The position numbers were made by a program, and so were the translations under genes. A stretch of 64,000 bases of DNA, taken from an uncultured Candidatus Bathyarchaeia archaeon (GTDB taxonomy: Archaea; Thermoproteota; Bathyarchaeia; 40CM-2-53-6). Positions 49,382 to 58,893 of the stretch are shown here, piece by piece. How positions within the stretch are numbered: the stretch's first letter is position 1; every line of letters starts with the position of its first letter. The notes below the pieces were generated by a model that saw nothing but the letters and a program-made list of their open reading frames with translations, was not told where the DNA came from and did no database searches. The DNA is taken from NCBI GenBank assembly GCA_964598845.1, contig CAZRDM010000005.1, positions 32,765 through 96,764 on the forward strand, written 5' to 3'.

Positions 49382-49789
49382 CTAGACTAGTTGCTTCACT
49401 TCCTCTGTAATAGCCTGTCCGAGATATCCGTAAACTCCGAGCTTGAGTACCTTCAACCCTAGGAGTGCGCATTTGATTCTCGTCGGCCCGGGGTCGATTC
49501 CCATGAGATCTAGAACGTCAGCTTTTCCTAGCGCCTTGACCTCATCTAGCGTCTTACCTTTAACAACTTCAGTCAACATCGAAGCTGAAGCTTGACTGAT
49601 AGCACACCCTTTGCCTTTGAACCGTAAGTCCTCTATCTTACCATCCTTGATTTTGAGTTGCATCTCGATTATGTCACCGCAGAGAGGGTTCGTGTCCTTT
49701 ACGCGAACGTCTGCATCAAGAAGGTCGCCAAAGTTTCGCGGATTCCTATAGTAATCCAGTATGATATCTTTGTAGATGTCCGAACTCAT
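49382..49789 (-). CDS. Fe-S cluster assembly scaffold/sulfur-transfer protein (IscU/SufU/NifU-like)
   Basis: 135 aa with conserved Cys (NPLCGD, GKGCAISQAS, IKCALLGL). Confidence 0.8.
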   Translation of the reverse strand: MSSDIYKDIILDYYRNPRNFGDLLDADVRVKDTNPLCGDIIEMQLKIKDGKIEDLRFKGKGCAISQASASMLTEVVKGKTLDEVKALGKADVLDLMGIDPGPTRIKCALLGLKVLKLGVYGYLGQAITEEVKQLV

Positions 49790-51030
49790 GAGCCGAATAG
49801 CTTCCTTGCTTTCTCCAAGGCATTGATGAAGACATCTACCTCATCCTTTGTGTTATAGACGTAGAAGCTGGCTCTCGACATGGCTGGGACGCCCAAGAAT
49901 TCCATGAGAGGCTGCGCGCAATGGTGGCCTGATCTGATAGCGATTCCTTCCTCATCTAGTATGGTGGCGAGGTCGTGAGCGTGAATCTCTCCAAGATTGA
50001 ACGAGATTACACCCACTCTCTGGTCTACGCTTCTTGGTCCATAGGTTACAACTCCCCTAACTTCAGACATTCTACGAAGCGCGTAATCTGTGATCTCCAT
50101 TTCGTGGTCATGAATATTTCTCATTCCAATCTTGCGAAGATAGTCGATGGCGGCCCCGAGTCCAATAGCCCCTGCAATATTGGGGGTACCAGCTTCGAAT
50201 TTGTACGGCAAGTCCTTCCATGACGCTCCCGTTGTGTGCACTTCTGTGATCATCTCTCCGCCTCCCAGGAACGGCGGCATTTTCTCCAGGTGCTCTCTCT
50301 TTCCGTAGAGAACCCCTATCCCCGTTGGACCCATCATCTTGTGACCTGAGAAGGCCAAGAAGTCGGAATCAATCTCCTTAACATCAACGCGCATGTGCGG
50401 GACAGATTGAGCGGCGTCCACTAGGCAAAGGGCACCGAAACGATGCGCAAGTCTAGCGATATCTCTGATTGAATTGACTGTTCCAAGAACGTTGGAGGCG
50501 TGGGTCATGCAGACAATCTTGGTCTTTTCATCGATCAATCCGTGGATATCATCTTTTCGAAGGTGTCCCTCCTCATCTATTTTGACGTATTCAACCTGTG
50601 CGCCCTTCTCTTGGGCCAGAAGCTGCCAGGGAACAATGTTGCTGTGGTGTTCCATGATCGTAAGGACTATCTTGTCTCCCTTGGCAATGTTGGCGCGCCC
50701 CCAAGACCAGGCGACTAGGTTAATTGCTTCCGTTGCGTTCCTAAGGAAAATGATTTCCTCGGTGTGACTTACATTAACAAGCTTGGCAACCTTCTCGCGT
50801 GCCTCCTCATAGGCGACGGTCGCTTCTTCGGCTAATTTATGAATTCCACGGTGGATGTTTGCGTTGTAATTCCGATAGTAGTTGTCCAGCGCTTCAATGA
50901 CGGCATTGGGTTTCTGAGACGTGGCGGCGTTATCAAAGTAGATGAGCGGTTTACCGCTAACCTGTCGCCTGAGGACTGGGAAGTCTTCCCGTATCTTTGG
51001 AATGTTAATCGCTGTCAGTTTCTCAACCAA
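49786..51030 (-). CDS. sufS: cysteine desulfurase (SufS-type, class V aminotransferase)
   Basis: 414 aa with the SGHKMMGPTGIG PLP-lysine motif and the RSGHHCAQP active-site Cys loop. Confidence 0.9.
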   Translation of the reverse strand: MVEKLTAINIPKIREDFPVLRRQVSGKPLIYFDNAATSQKPNAVIEALDNYYRNYNANIHRGIHKLAEEATVAYEEAREKVAKLVNVSHTEEIIFLRNATEAINLVAWSWGRANIAKGDKIVLTIMEHHSNIVPWQLLAQEKGAQVEYVKIDEEGHLRKDDIHGLIDEKTKIVCMTHASNVLGTVNSIRDIARLAHRFGALCLVDAAQSVPHMRVDVKEIDSDFLAFSGHKMMGPTGIGVLYGKREHLEKMPPFLGGGEMITEVHTTGASWKDLPYKFEAGTPNIAGAIGLGAAIDYLRKIGMRNIHDHEMEITDYALRRMSEVRGVVTYGPRSVDQRVGVISFNLGEIHAHDLATILDEEGIAIRSGHHCAQPLMEFLGVPAMSRASFYVYNTKDEVDVFINALEKARKLFGS

Positions 51031-51060
51031 CAGTTAGACCAGCGTGAAGGGGCCCCTAGC

Positions 51061-51082
51061 ATAACATATGTCATAACGATAT
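51061..51082. promoter_or_regulatory. TATGTCATA motif upstream of sufS
   Basis: ataacatatgtcataacgatat, 31-52 nt upstream of the sufS start and just after the Zn-ribbon ORF stop. Confidence 0.3.
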
Positions 51083-51087
51083 AAAGT

Positions 51088-51300
51088 CTATAGCCAGAAC
51101 CCGACCCATGTTTTCATATTACGCTCGCAGCGCTTTGGTACGATCCCGCTGTCTCTTGATTCAAACTGTCGATTGCAGTTCTGGCATTGAAAGGTGAAAA
51201 CATGTTTGAAGTCGCCTTTACTCCAGACTCTGCTGTGACTTTCTAGGATCAGATGACCTTTGCACTGTGTGCACTTCACAGAATCATCTTCGAATATCAT
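51088..51300 (-). CDS. small zinc-ribbon protein (CxxC...CxxC)
   Basis: 70 aa with CTQC and CQNC pairs; it lies within the suf gene string. Confidence 0.4.
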   Translation of the reverse strand: MIFEDDSVKCTQCKGHLILESHSRVWSKGDFKHVFTFQCQNCNRQFESRDSGIVPKRCERNMKTWVGFWL

Positions 51301-51620
51301 GGTTAGCAGAGCGCGGTTAGGCTTCCATCCACTTCCGGTCTGAATACTCCTCTACATTCTTGGCATTGCGGGTACGGGGACAGATGCTCCAAGGTCAATC
51401 TGGAATTGCAGAATGAACACTCCATTTCGGTTCACAGATCTTGCCGTGAACTTGGGCAAGCAGATAACCGGACAGATGCTCAGAAGACCCTTTCTCAGAG
51501 AGCAATGAAAGTAGAGATCTGGGAGCCCTCGGAAACGGATGAAGATAAAACAGAGAGAAGGCACAGGGAACCGCATGATGCTGATGTGCTGAGAGAAGGG
51601 GGTAATACAGGTAGGCACTC

Positions 51621-53042
51621 TTAGCGGTACTTGTAATGGCCTTCGAATATGTCGCTAGTTTTCCGCACTTCTTCTTCGTAGTACTCGTCTTCGAAGGCAG
51701 GAATCGTTAGAGATGCGTCGAAATCGTATATCCCGGACCATTTGAGGTCTATCATTCTTCTGATCCGTTTTGCGACCTGAATTACGGGGATTCGCTCCAC
51801 TACGGGTTCAAAGAATCCGACAACGATGAGCTTCTTAGCTTCGTCTTCCGGCAGGCCTCTCGACATCAGATAGAAGATCTGCTCCTCATTGATCTGAGCG
51901 ACTGAGGCCGAGTGTGTGGCTTTGACTTCGTTTGTTTCGATTTCTAGTCCGGGGATTGCATCGGCGCGTGCGTCCTTGCCGAGTATCATGGCGTGTTCCG
52001 CGAGGTAGGCACGTGAATTTTTGGCGTTCTTCTCGATTCTGATCATTCCCTTGAAGAGTGAGCGGGCTTTATCTCTTACGACCCCTTTCGAAACGGCGTG
52101 GCCGCTAGTGTTCGGACCAACGTGTGTTATGTTCGAGACTGTATCGAAACGTTGGGCCCCTGTTCCAAAGACGACCTCGATATTCTCGGAGGATGCGCCC
52201 TCATGTTTCATTACACTTTCTAGGCGCGACCGAGTATAGGCGCCCCCCAGCTGTCCCGACGACCAAACAATGCTGCTGTTCCGCTCTCCGATGGACTTCT
52301 TGTTGATGAATATGTTGAAGTTGGAGGCCAAGTTGTTTATGCTTGCATAGGTTACATCCGCATCATCGTGCAGGTGAACCTCGGAAAGTCCGCTCAAGGT
52401 TGATCTCATAAGCTGTCCCGCTAGGCGTGTGGAATATACTTCCTCAAGGAGCGTGAACTTGCTTCGGCTTTCTGCAACGATAAGGTTCTGGGCGAAGAGG
52501 CCGCATCCCTCTGAGTCTAATACGGTTACATGTCTGAAGGGTAAGGTCACCTCTATGCCCTCCGGGACCTTGAGGAAGAAACCTGTTGTGAATAGGGCGT
52601 TGTTTAGTGCTGCGAACTTGTCATCTTCAGGAAGTATCGCCTTCCCAAGGAAGTAGCTTCGGAAGAATTCTGGTTCCTCATGAATGGCGGTGCTGATGTC
52701 TGTGAATTTCACTCCTTCTCTTCGGAGGGCCTCAGGAACCTCTGCTTGGACAGTCTTCCCTTCGATCTGGTAAAGTGTAATCGCCCTATCGGATTTGAGT
52801 TTGCTGATGGCACTCTCAGCTTTGGCTTGAGATGGCTCGGGGAAGCCCAGGTTCAATGATTCTAGGTCAATGCCGCTGAGATCAACATATTTTGTGTAAA
52901 GCCGTGAGATTTCGAAGGGGAGTTTCCGGAACACGTCTAATGATTTGCCTCGAAATTCTCGCAACCATCCAGGTTCCTGTTTGGAATCTGAGATCTCCTT
53001 CACAGACTGCTCGTTCGCTTGTGTCATTCTTAATTCGGACAT
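51621..53042 (-). CDS. sufD: Fe-S cluster assembly protein SufD (SufB/SufD family)
   Basis: 473 aa SufB/D-family beta-helix protein downstream of sufB. Confidence 0.8.
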   Translation of the reverse strand: MSELRMTQANEQSVKEISDSKQEPGWLREFRGKSLDVFRKLPFEISRLYTKYVDLSGIDLESLNLGFPEPSQAKAESAISKLKSDRAITLYQIEGKTVQAEVPEALRREGVKFTDISTAIHEEPEFFRSYFLGKAILPEDDKFAALNNALFTTGFFLKVPEGIEVTLPFRHVTVLDSEGCGLFAQNLIVAESRSKFTLLEEVYSTRLAGQLMRSTLSGLSEVHLHDDADVTYASINNLASNFNIFINKKSIGERNSSIVWSSGQLGGAYTRSRLESVMKHEGASSENIEVVFGTGAQRFDTVSNITHVGPNTSGHAVSKGVVRDKARSLFKGMIRIEKNAKNSRAYLAEHAMILGKDARADAIPGLEIETNEVKATHSASVAQINEEQIFYLMSRGLPEDEAKKLIVVGFFEPVVERIPVIQVAKRIRRMIDLKWSGIYDFDASLTIPAFEDEYYEEEVRKTSDIFEGHYKYR

Positions 53043-53105
53043 TGAACCAGGCCGACCTCTGGATGGTTGAGGTGTGGACGATGGAGGAAGAAAAATAGGG
53101 CTTTC

Positions 53106-54509
53106 TTATCCGACTGAGCCAGCCATCTCCAATTGAATTAGTCTGTTCAGTTCGATGGCGTATTCCATGGGTAGTTCTTTCGTGAAGGGTTCCATGAAAC
53201 CCATCACGATCATGCTCAATGCTTCTTGCTCCGAGAGGCCCCGTGACATGAGGTAGAACAACTGGTCTTCACCGATTTTGCCCACCGTCGCCTCATGGGT
53301 TACGGTTGCGTCGTCTTCATTGATCTCATTGTAGGGGTAGGTATCAGTCCTCGAATATTCGTCAAGAAGCAAAGCGTCGCATCTGACAGTTGACTTCACA
53401 GCTTTTGCTCCCCTTGCCACGTGTAGTAGGCCACGGTAGGTTGTTCGGCCTCCATCTTTGGACACCGATTTGGAGGTGATTCTAGATGTCGTGTAAGGAG
53501 CTAGGTGTACTACCTTTCCTCCAGCGTCTTGGTGTTGATTTTTTCCCGCGAAGGCGACTGAGAGGATTTCCCCCTTTGCTCTTGGTCCGAGCAGGTAAAT
53601 TGATGGATACTTCATTGTTAACTTGCTGCCAATGTTTCCGTCCACCCATTCTACAGTGGCATTTTGGTGAGCGTAGGCCCGTTTCGTGACAAGGTTGTAG
53701 ACATCATTGGACCAGTTCTGGATAGTTGTGTAACGCATGTAAGCACCGGGCTTTGCGATGATCTCGACAACTGCTGAGTGTAGCGAGTCGGTCGAGTAGA
53801 TGGGTGCAGTGCATCCTTCGATGTAGTGCACGCGACTGTTCTTGTCAGCTATGATCAGGGTACGCTCAAACTGGCCCATATTCTGCGAGTTGATCCGGAA
53901 GTACGCTTGCAGAGGCACCTCTACATTGACGCCTTCTGGAACGTAGATGAAACTGCCACCGCTCCAGACAGCACTATTGAGGGCAGCGAACTTGTTATCC
54001 TCCGGAGGGATCACCGTACCAAAGTATTTCTTCACAATGTCTGGATACTCGCGAACCGCGGTATCGGTATCTGTGAAGATGACACCTTTCTTCGCGAGGT
54101 CTTGCCTTAGGCTATGGTAGACTACCTCAGACTCGTACTGGGCGCCTACTCCCCCAAGGAACTTCCTTTCGGCTTCGGGGATTCCGAGTTTCTCGAAGGT
54201 TTCCTTGATGTATGGAGGAACATCCTCCCAGGATTGGCTCTTTTTCTCAGTTGGGCTGGCATAGTATCGCATTTCGTCGAAGTCGAGCTTGGTGAGATCG
54301 CCACCCCACATGGGTAGTGGTCTCTTCACGAAGTGATCGTATGCTCGCAACCTGAACTGGCGCATCCAGTCAGGTTCCTTCTTGATTCCGGAAATCTGTT
54401 CAACAATTTCCCTGCTGAGGCCCTTCGGGAACTTGTACTGATAATCGGAATCCGGATGGCTGAAGTCATACTTGGTATAATCAATCTCGAGTGTCTGCTT
54501 TGTCGCCAT
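53106..54509 (-). CDS. sufB: Fe-S cluster assembly protein SufB
   Basis: 467 aa with a characteristic SufB N-terminus and core. Confidence 0.9.
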   Translation of the reverse strand: MATKQTLEIDYTKYDFSHPDSDYQYKFPKGLSREIVEQISGIKKEPDWMRQFRLRAYDHFVKRPLPMWGGDLTKLDFDEMRYYASPTEKKSQSWEDVPPYIKETFEKLGIPEAERKFLGGVGAQYESEVVYHSLRQDLAKKGVIFTDTDTAVREYPDIVKKYFGTVIPPEDNKFAALNSAVWSGGSFIYVPEGVNVEVPLQAYFRINSQNMGQFERTLIIADKNSRVHYIEGCTAPIYSTDSLHSAVVEIIAKPGAYMRYTTIQNWSNDVYNLVTKRAYAHQNATVEWVDGNIGSKLTMKYPSIYLLGPRAKGEILSVAFAGKNQHQDAGGKVVHLAPYTTSRITSKSVSKDGGRTTYRGLLHVARGAKAVKSTVRCDALLLDEYSRTDTYPYNEINEDDATVTHEATVGKIGEDQLFYLMSRGLSEQEALSMIVMGFMEPFTKELPMEYAIELNRLIQLEMAGSVG

Positions 54510-54527
54510 CGGTTGTCACGGGCAGTC

Positions 54528-54549
54528 GATATGACATACGTTATAAATG
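54528..54549. promoter_or_regulatory. TATGACATA motif between sufC and sufB
   Basis: gatatgacatacgttataaatg, 20-40 nt upstream of the sufB start. Confidence 0.3.
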
Positions 54550-54555
54550 TTCCTT

Positions 54556-55347
54556 TCAAACAACAGTCGCGGCCGTTGCTTCACGTTCGATCCATGCGTA
54601 TCCTTTCTCTTCAAGCAGCTCAGCCAACTCAGGTCCACCGGACTTGAATATGTGTCCATCCACCATCACATGCACGAATTGGGGTTTGATGTATTTGAGA
54701 ATCCTCTGATAGTGCGTTATCAAGAGCACCCCCATGTTCGGACCAGCAATACGCGCAACAACCTCAGCTACTTTCCGAACGGCGTCGATGTCCAAACCTG
54801 AATCTGTCTCATCCATGATAGCTATCGCTGGCTCGAGTATAGCCATTTGAAGAATTTCGGAACGCTTCTTCTCTCCACCTGAGAATCCTTCATTCAGATA
54901 CCGCTTCGCGAACTCAGGATCCATACCTACTTCCTTCAGCTTCTCCTCAAGCTTCTTCCTGAAAGCGATGGCCGAAATCATTTCTCCGCCTATCCCGCCT
55001 TTCATCTGTGCATCTCCATGGACTGCCCGGTAGGCGGATCGCAGGAACTGGGCGAGCGGGACGCCGGATATTTCGAGTGGATATTGGAACGCGAGGAAAA
55101 GGCCTCTCTTGGCGCGCTGGTCAGGGGGTAGATCTGCGATGCTTTCTCCGTTGACGAGAATGTCGCCGCTACCCACCTTGTACTTGGGATGACCCATCAA
55201 TGTGTTTGCTAGGGTGCTCTTTCCAGATCCATTGGGCCCCATCACCGCGTGTATCTCGCCTTGAGATACCTTCAGGTTGACTCCTTTCAGAATTGGCTTA
55301 CCTTCGATACTGACGTGCAAATCCCTGATCTCGAGTGTGGTTGGCAT
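54556..55347 (-). CDS. sufC: Fe-S cluster assembly ATPase SufC
   Basis: Walker A GPNGSGKST and the signature FSGGEKKR. Confidence 0.9.
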   Translation of the reverse strand: MPTTLEIRDLHVSIEGKPILKGVNLKVSQGEIHAVMGPNGSGKSTLANTLMGHPKYKVGSGDILVNGESIADLPPDQRAKRGLFLAFQYPLEISGVPLAQFLRSAYRAVHGDAQMKGGIGGEMISAIAFRKKLEEKLKEVGMDPEFAKRYLNEGFSGGEKKRSEILQMAILEPAIAIMDETDSGLDIDAVRKVAEVVARIAGPNMGVLLITHYQRILKYIKPQFVHVMVDGHIFKSGGPELAELLEEKGYAWIEREATAATVV

Positions 55348-55400
55348 GCTGTTTCACATCTTTCTCTGAAGGCGAACAGAGGCATTTGACGTTATTTAAG

Positions 55401-55420
55401 TATGACGTATGTCATGACAT
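55401..55420. promoter_or_regulatory. TATGNCATA-type palindromic motif cluster upstream of sufC
   Basis: tatgacgtatgtcatgacat, 54-73 nt upstream of the sufC start. Confidence 0.3.
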
Positions 55421-55593
55421 TCTCAGTTTCCCAACTCAGAATGGGAGAGGAGCAGACTTCCGGTAGGGACCGCGCTTACGTTTTCTTGCCTTTGTCTTTT
55501 TTTCGATTTGAGATCCAAGCTCGTCTTCCAAGTCGCGCATCAGTAATCTGCCACTGTTCAGGGCCAAACTGCGATTTCAGTCTTCGCAAAGGG

Positions 55594-56064
55594 TCATTTC
55601 GCTTTCTCGATCTTCGCGAGTCGTTCGTACTTGACGCCTCTATCGCCTTCAATCACGGAACGGTACTCACCGATACTCGCTGGTCGCTGGGACATGCGAT
55701 GCGGACTCCAGATCAGTAGCTCGCGATCGTATTCAGCGAGCTCGTAGTCGGGTGTATAATCCAAAGCCGCCGTCGGGCAATATTCTGTGCAAAAGTGGCA
55801 AAAACAGCATCGAGCGTACCAGTATTGCGGGAAGCGTCTCTCGGGATTCTGTGGATATTCCTTATCGTCAGTCACAGGGACCATGCTAATGCAGCGTTCT
55901 GGGCAGATCCATGCGCAGATTCCGCATCCTGTGCATTTATCCATGTAGAGCAAGTGTCTCCCGCGGAATCCCTTTGGAAGCTGAACCTTCTGGTAGGGGT
56001 ACTTGACTGTGAAAGTAAGTTTGAAGATATGTTTGATTCCTTCAACCATCGCTGCTAGTACCAT
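55594..56064 (-). CDS. nuoI: complex I subunit I-like 2x[4Fe-4S] ferredoxin
   Basis: Two CxxCxxCxxxCP motifs and a NuoI-like length. Confidence 0.8.
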   Translation of the reverse strand: MVLAAMVEGIKHIFKLTFTVKYPYQKVQLPKGFRGRHLLYMDKCTGCGICAWICPERCISMVPVTDDKEYPQNPERRFPQYWYARCCFCHFCTEYCPTAALDYTPDYELAEYDRELLIWSPHRMSQRPASIGEYRSVIEGDRGVKYERLAKIEKAK

Positions 56065-56080
56065 ATTCTGCCTGAGCCTC

Positions 56081-57220
56081 CTATCGGTCCGCCTCCACCG
56101 GCCAGTAGTCTAAGCTACCGTAGATGATTGGCATGTCTGCGACGTGCACATTGCGAATCAGATAGGGAAGCGCAGTCAGGTTTCGGAATGAGCCGTTCAT
56201 TATCTTGACCCGGTATGGTTTGTCGCTGTTATCTGCGATGACCATGACAGAGTATTCGCCTCGTGATGACTCGACGCGGCCCGTTGCTTCACCTTCGGGT
56301 GCGATGATGGGGGCCTTTCGTGCGATTGGTCCTCTAGGTATCTTCTTCAGGGCTTGTCGGATGATGCTGACGCTCTGTTTCATCTCTTCGAATCTCACTA
56401 AGAAGCGTGCATAGGAGTCGCCTTCTTCGAATGTGGGAATCTCGAAATCGAGATCAGGGTAGGCTCCATAGGGTTCCACCTTTCGAACATCATACTTGAC
56501 TCCGGAAGCTCGCAAAACTGGCCCCGCGACTCCTAGCTTTATCGCGTCTTCTCGCGAGAGAACGCCAATCCCCTTTGCCCTCGCTACTACAAGCGGGTTG
56601 CGCAAGAAGATCCGGTCGTATTCGATAAGCCGTTTCTCGAAGTAGTCGAGCAACTCGGTGAGTCGGTCTTCAAATCCAAAGGGGAGGTCACGTCTCGGAC
56701 CTCCGGGAGGAAGGAATGAGTATGTAAGGCGGGCGCCTGTCAACCATTCAGCGAGTTCTAGGAACAAGTCGCGGTCCCCGAAAGCCCACATGAAAATCGT
56801 TGTGTGACCGGAAAAGACGCCTGCATTAATTGCAAGCCAATATAGGTGGCTGCAGATGCGGTTCATCTCAGCAGCAATAGTTGCAATGTATTTCCCTCTG
56901 GGCGGCACTTGGACGTCTTGGAGTTCTTCGACAGACAGCACGTAAGCCCAGTTCAGGTGGATCGCATCAATAATACAGGGCCTTTCAAGGTGTGGAATGT
57001 TGCTGACGTAGTTCCGGTATTCGGCAATCTTCTCGCACCCTCGATGCACGTAACCTATGTCCGGATCTACACTGACGATGTAGTCTCCGTCCACACGTAT
57101 GAGCATCCGAAAGTGCCCTGAACCAGGATGCTGGGGGCCAACGGAAACGTCGAGGGTTGATGGTACGCTAGTCTTGGAGACGGTGATGCTTGGCGCCGGC
57201 GGGTTTGCACTTGTCGTCAT
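56081..57220 (-). CDS. nuoD: complex I 49-kDa subunit (NuoD) homolog
   Basis: HRGxEK motif; the C-terminus lacks NiFe-hydrogenase Cys pairs. Confidence 0.85.
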   Translation of the reverse strand: MTTSANPPAPSITVSKTSVPSTLDVSVGPQHPGSGHFRMLIRVDGDYIVSVDPDIGYVHRGCEKIAEYRNYVSNIPHLERPCIIDAIHLNWAYVLSVEELQDVQVPPRGKYIATIAAEMNRICSHLYWLAINAGVFSGHTTIFMWAFGDRDLFLELAEWLTGARLTYSFLPPGGPRRDLPFGFEDRLTELLDYFEKRLIEYDRIFLRNPLVVARAKGIGVLSREDAIKLGVAGPVLRASGVKYDVRKVEPYGAYPDLDFEIPTFEEGDSYARFLVRFEEMKQSVSIIRQALKKIPRGPIARKAPIIAPEGEATGRVESSRGEYSVMVIADNSDKPYRVKIMNGSFRNLTALPYLIRNVHVADMPIIYGSLDYWPVEADR

Positions 57221-57711
57221 CGCTGACTCATCTCAGGAAACTTGATGTCCTTAAGCATTGGCGGTGGGCCTTCCCAGTTGTCGAGTGTGAGAAGTTTCCT
57301 CAGGTCCGGGTGTCCTTCGAACTTCACTCCGAGCATCTCGAAGGTCTCTCGCTCATGGAAGTGAGCGCTCGGCCATATCGAAACCACGGACGCAATTGCT
57401 GGGTTGTCGCGTGGGAGTTCGGTCTTCAGAATCACGATGATATCGCGGATTTCGTCCCTTGAATACGACGCGGCATAGTAAAGGACCTCAATTTTCTTGT
57501 GCGTCGGATAGTCTACTCCGGCAACACCTTTCACGTGGTCAAAACCAAGCTCATCACGCATGAAGGTCGCGAGATCCAGGACATGCTCTTTCCCAAAGGC
57601 AACGGTTACGCGTTTAGCTCTGTCGATCTTCGTATCCCTAACCAACTGGGGAAAGCGTGTCTTCAACTGGTCGATGATTCCTTGCTCTCGTGAGAGTGCG
57701 ACTTGGCTCAC
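57217..57711 (-). CDS. nuoC: complex I 30-kDa subunit (NuoC) homolog
   Basis: 164 aa NuoC-like protein overlapping nuoD. Confidence 0.8.
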   Translation of the reverse strand: MSQVALSREQGIIDQLKTRFPQLVRDTKIDRAKRVTVAFGKEHVLDLATFMRDELGFDHVKGVAGVDYPTHKKIEVLYYAASYSRDEIRDIIVILKTELPRDNPAIASVVSIWPSAHFHERETFEMLGVKFEGHPDLRKLLTLDNWEGPPPMLKDIKFPEMSQR

Positions 57712-58229
57712 TATGCGAATACCTCTTCGCGGCGAATCTTTTCACGAAGCTTGAGGATCGCACTCAGCAGTGCTTCAGGTCTGGGTGGGCAACCGGGGAT
57801 ATACACATCAACAGGAAAGAGCTTGTGAACGTCGTTAACGATACTATATGAGTCATGGAAGAGTCCGCCAGAGCAGGCGCAGTCTCCCATCGCAATAACA
57901 TAGCGTGGCTTGCCCATCTGCTCATAAACTACTTTAAGGCGTTTTGCCATCTTCTTGGTGACAGTCCCCTCCACGATTATGAGATCACATTGTCTTAGCC
58001 CTCCAGCAACCGCCTGCAATCCAAACCTCTCGGGGTCGAGACGTGGACCCATCATGGCGCCGAATTCCGCGCTGCAACAAGCGGTTGTAATGTGGACAGG
58101 CCAGAGTGCGTACATCCGGCTCCAGTTGACGAGATACTTGACTGGTCCAGATCCCGTTATGGTCTTGACGAGTTCGCTCATCCTAGCAATCCAGACGCCT
58201 GCAAAATCTTGGATTGTCTCTTGGCTCAT
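57711..58229 (-). CDS. nuoB: complex I 20-kDa subunit (NuoB) homolog
   Basis: Fe-S ligating Cys motifs (CCSAEF, GDCACSGG, PGCPP). Confidence 0.85.
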   Translation of the reverse strand: MSQETIQDFAGVWIARMSELVKTITGSGPVKYLVNWSRMYALWPVHITTACCSAEFGAMMGPRLDPERFGLQAVAGGLRQCDLIIVEGTVTKKMAKRLKVVYEQMGKPRYVIAMGDCACSGGLFHDSYSIVNDVHKLFPVDVYIPGCPPRPEALLSAILKLREKIRREEVFA

Positions 58230-58251
58230 TGAGCTGTTTCACCGCCTCAAA

Positions 58252-58269
58252 TTATTACAATTGTCATAA
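58252..58269. promoter_or_regulatory. near-palindrome TTATTACAATTGTCATAA 23-40 nt upstream of the nuoB start
   Basis: 16 of 18 positions are self-complementary around CAATTG, with adjacent TATA-like aataatt. Confidence 0.3.
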
Positions 58270-58338
58270 CCCGGAATAGGGCTCCATTGAAAAGTTTTGT
58301 CGCAGAAAGATCAGGTGTGTACCTTTGACAACAGACAT

Positions 58339-58369
58339 GCCAAGCTAAGCGGGATCCCCCAAGCTTGGC
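58339..58369. promoter_or_regulatory. perfect 8-bp inverted repeat GCCAAGCT...AGCTTGGC (15-nt loop) between the regulator gene 3' end and the nuoB promoter
   Basis: Read directly from the sequence; possible hairpin or operator. Confidence 0.3.
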
Positions 58370-58443
58370 ACGTTGTCCCCCGCTTTGATTTCCAATGATA
58401 GATACGCACCGGGCTCTGCTTCAGAGCTTTGACGGGTATGCCT

Positions 58444-58827
58444 TCACTGTTCGCAGACATGACAGGAGTCTACGTCGATGTTCGGTTCGAGCTTCTTATG
58501 CAGGTCGCACATGTATCTGTTCTTTCTAACGAATTCGCAAGCTTCTTCAATCTTGCTCATTACTTGAAGCGGCTGGGCTGTACGCGAGGAGATTAGACTA
58601 GCAATATCCTTGGTGGCTCGCTCGATCTTCTCAATTCCCCCGAGCCTAATCGCGACGCCTCGCTTTTCATGAAGGTATTTACTAACAGCGGGTTGAGTGA
58701 CTCCCAGAAGTTTGGCCGCTTCTTGCTGTGTCATCCCGTGGTGTTCAACCAGTCGTTTGACGATCATGGCTCGAATGGCAGGGATGACTGACTTCGAAGC
58801 TAGCTCTTCAGGGAGTATCATTGGCAT
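58444..58827 (-). CDS. HTH transcriptional regulator with C-terminal four-Cys motif
   Basis: 127 aa with an XRE-like HTH (EAAKLLGVTQPAVSKYL) and a C-x9-C-x14-C-x2-C tail. Confidence 0.55.
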   Translation of the reverse strand: MPMILPEELASKSVIPAIRAMIVKRLVEHHGMTQQEAAKLLGVTQPAVSKYLHEKRGVAIRLGGIEKIERATKDIASLISSRTAQPLQVMSKIEEACEFVRKNRYMCDLHKKLEPNIDVDSCHVCEQ

Positions 58828-58893
58828 TGTGCCATTCCGTTTGTCGGAGTATGACGGAGGTTATATAAACGTGCTATGCCTAGCTTTCGGCAT

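Noticed and set aside
55481-55505. T-rich run (cgttttcttgcctttgtctttttttcg) as a transcription terminator
   Set aside because: It lies on the plus strand, where only a weak, probably spurious ORF (55402..55719) is present. Both flanking real genes (nuoI, sufC) are on the minus strand, so it cannot terminate them.
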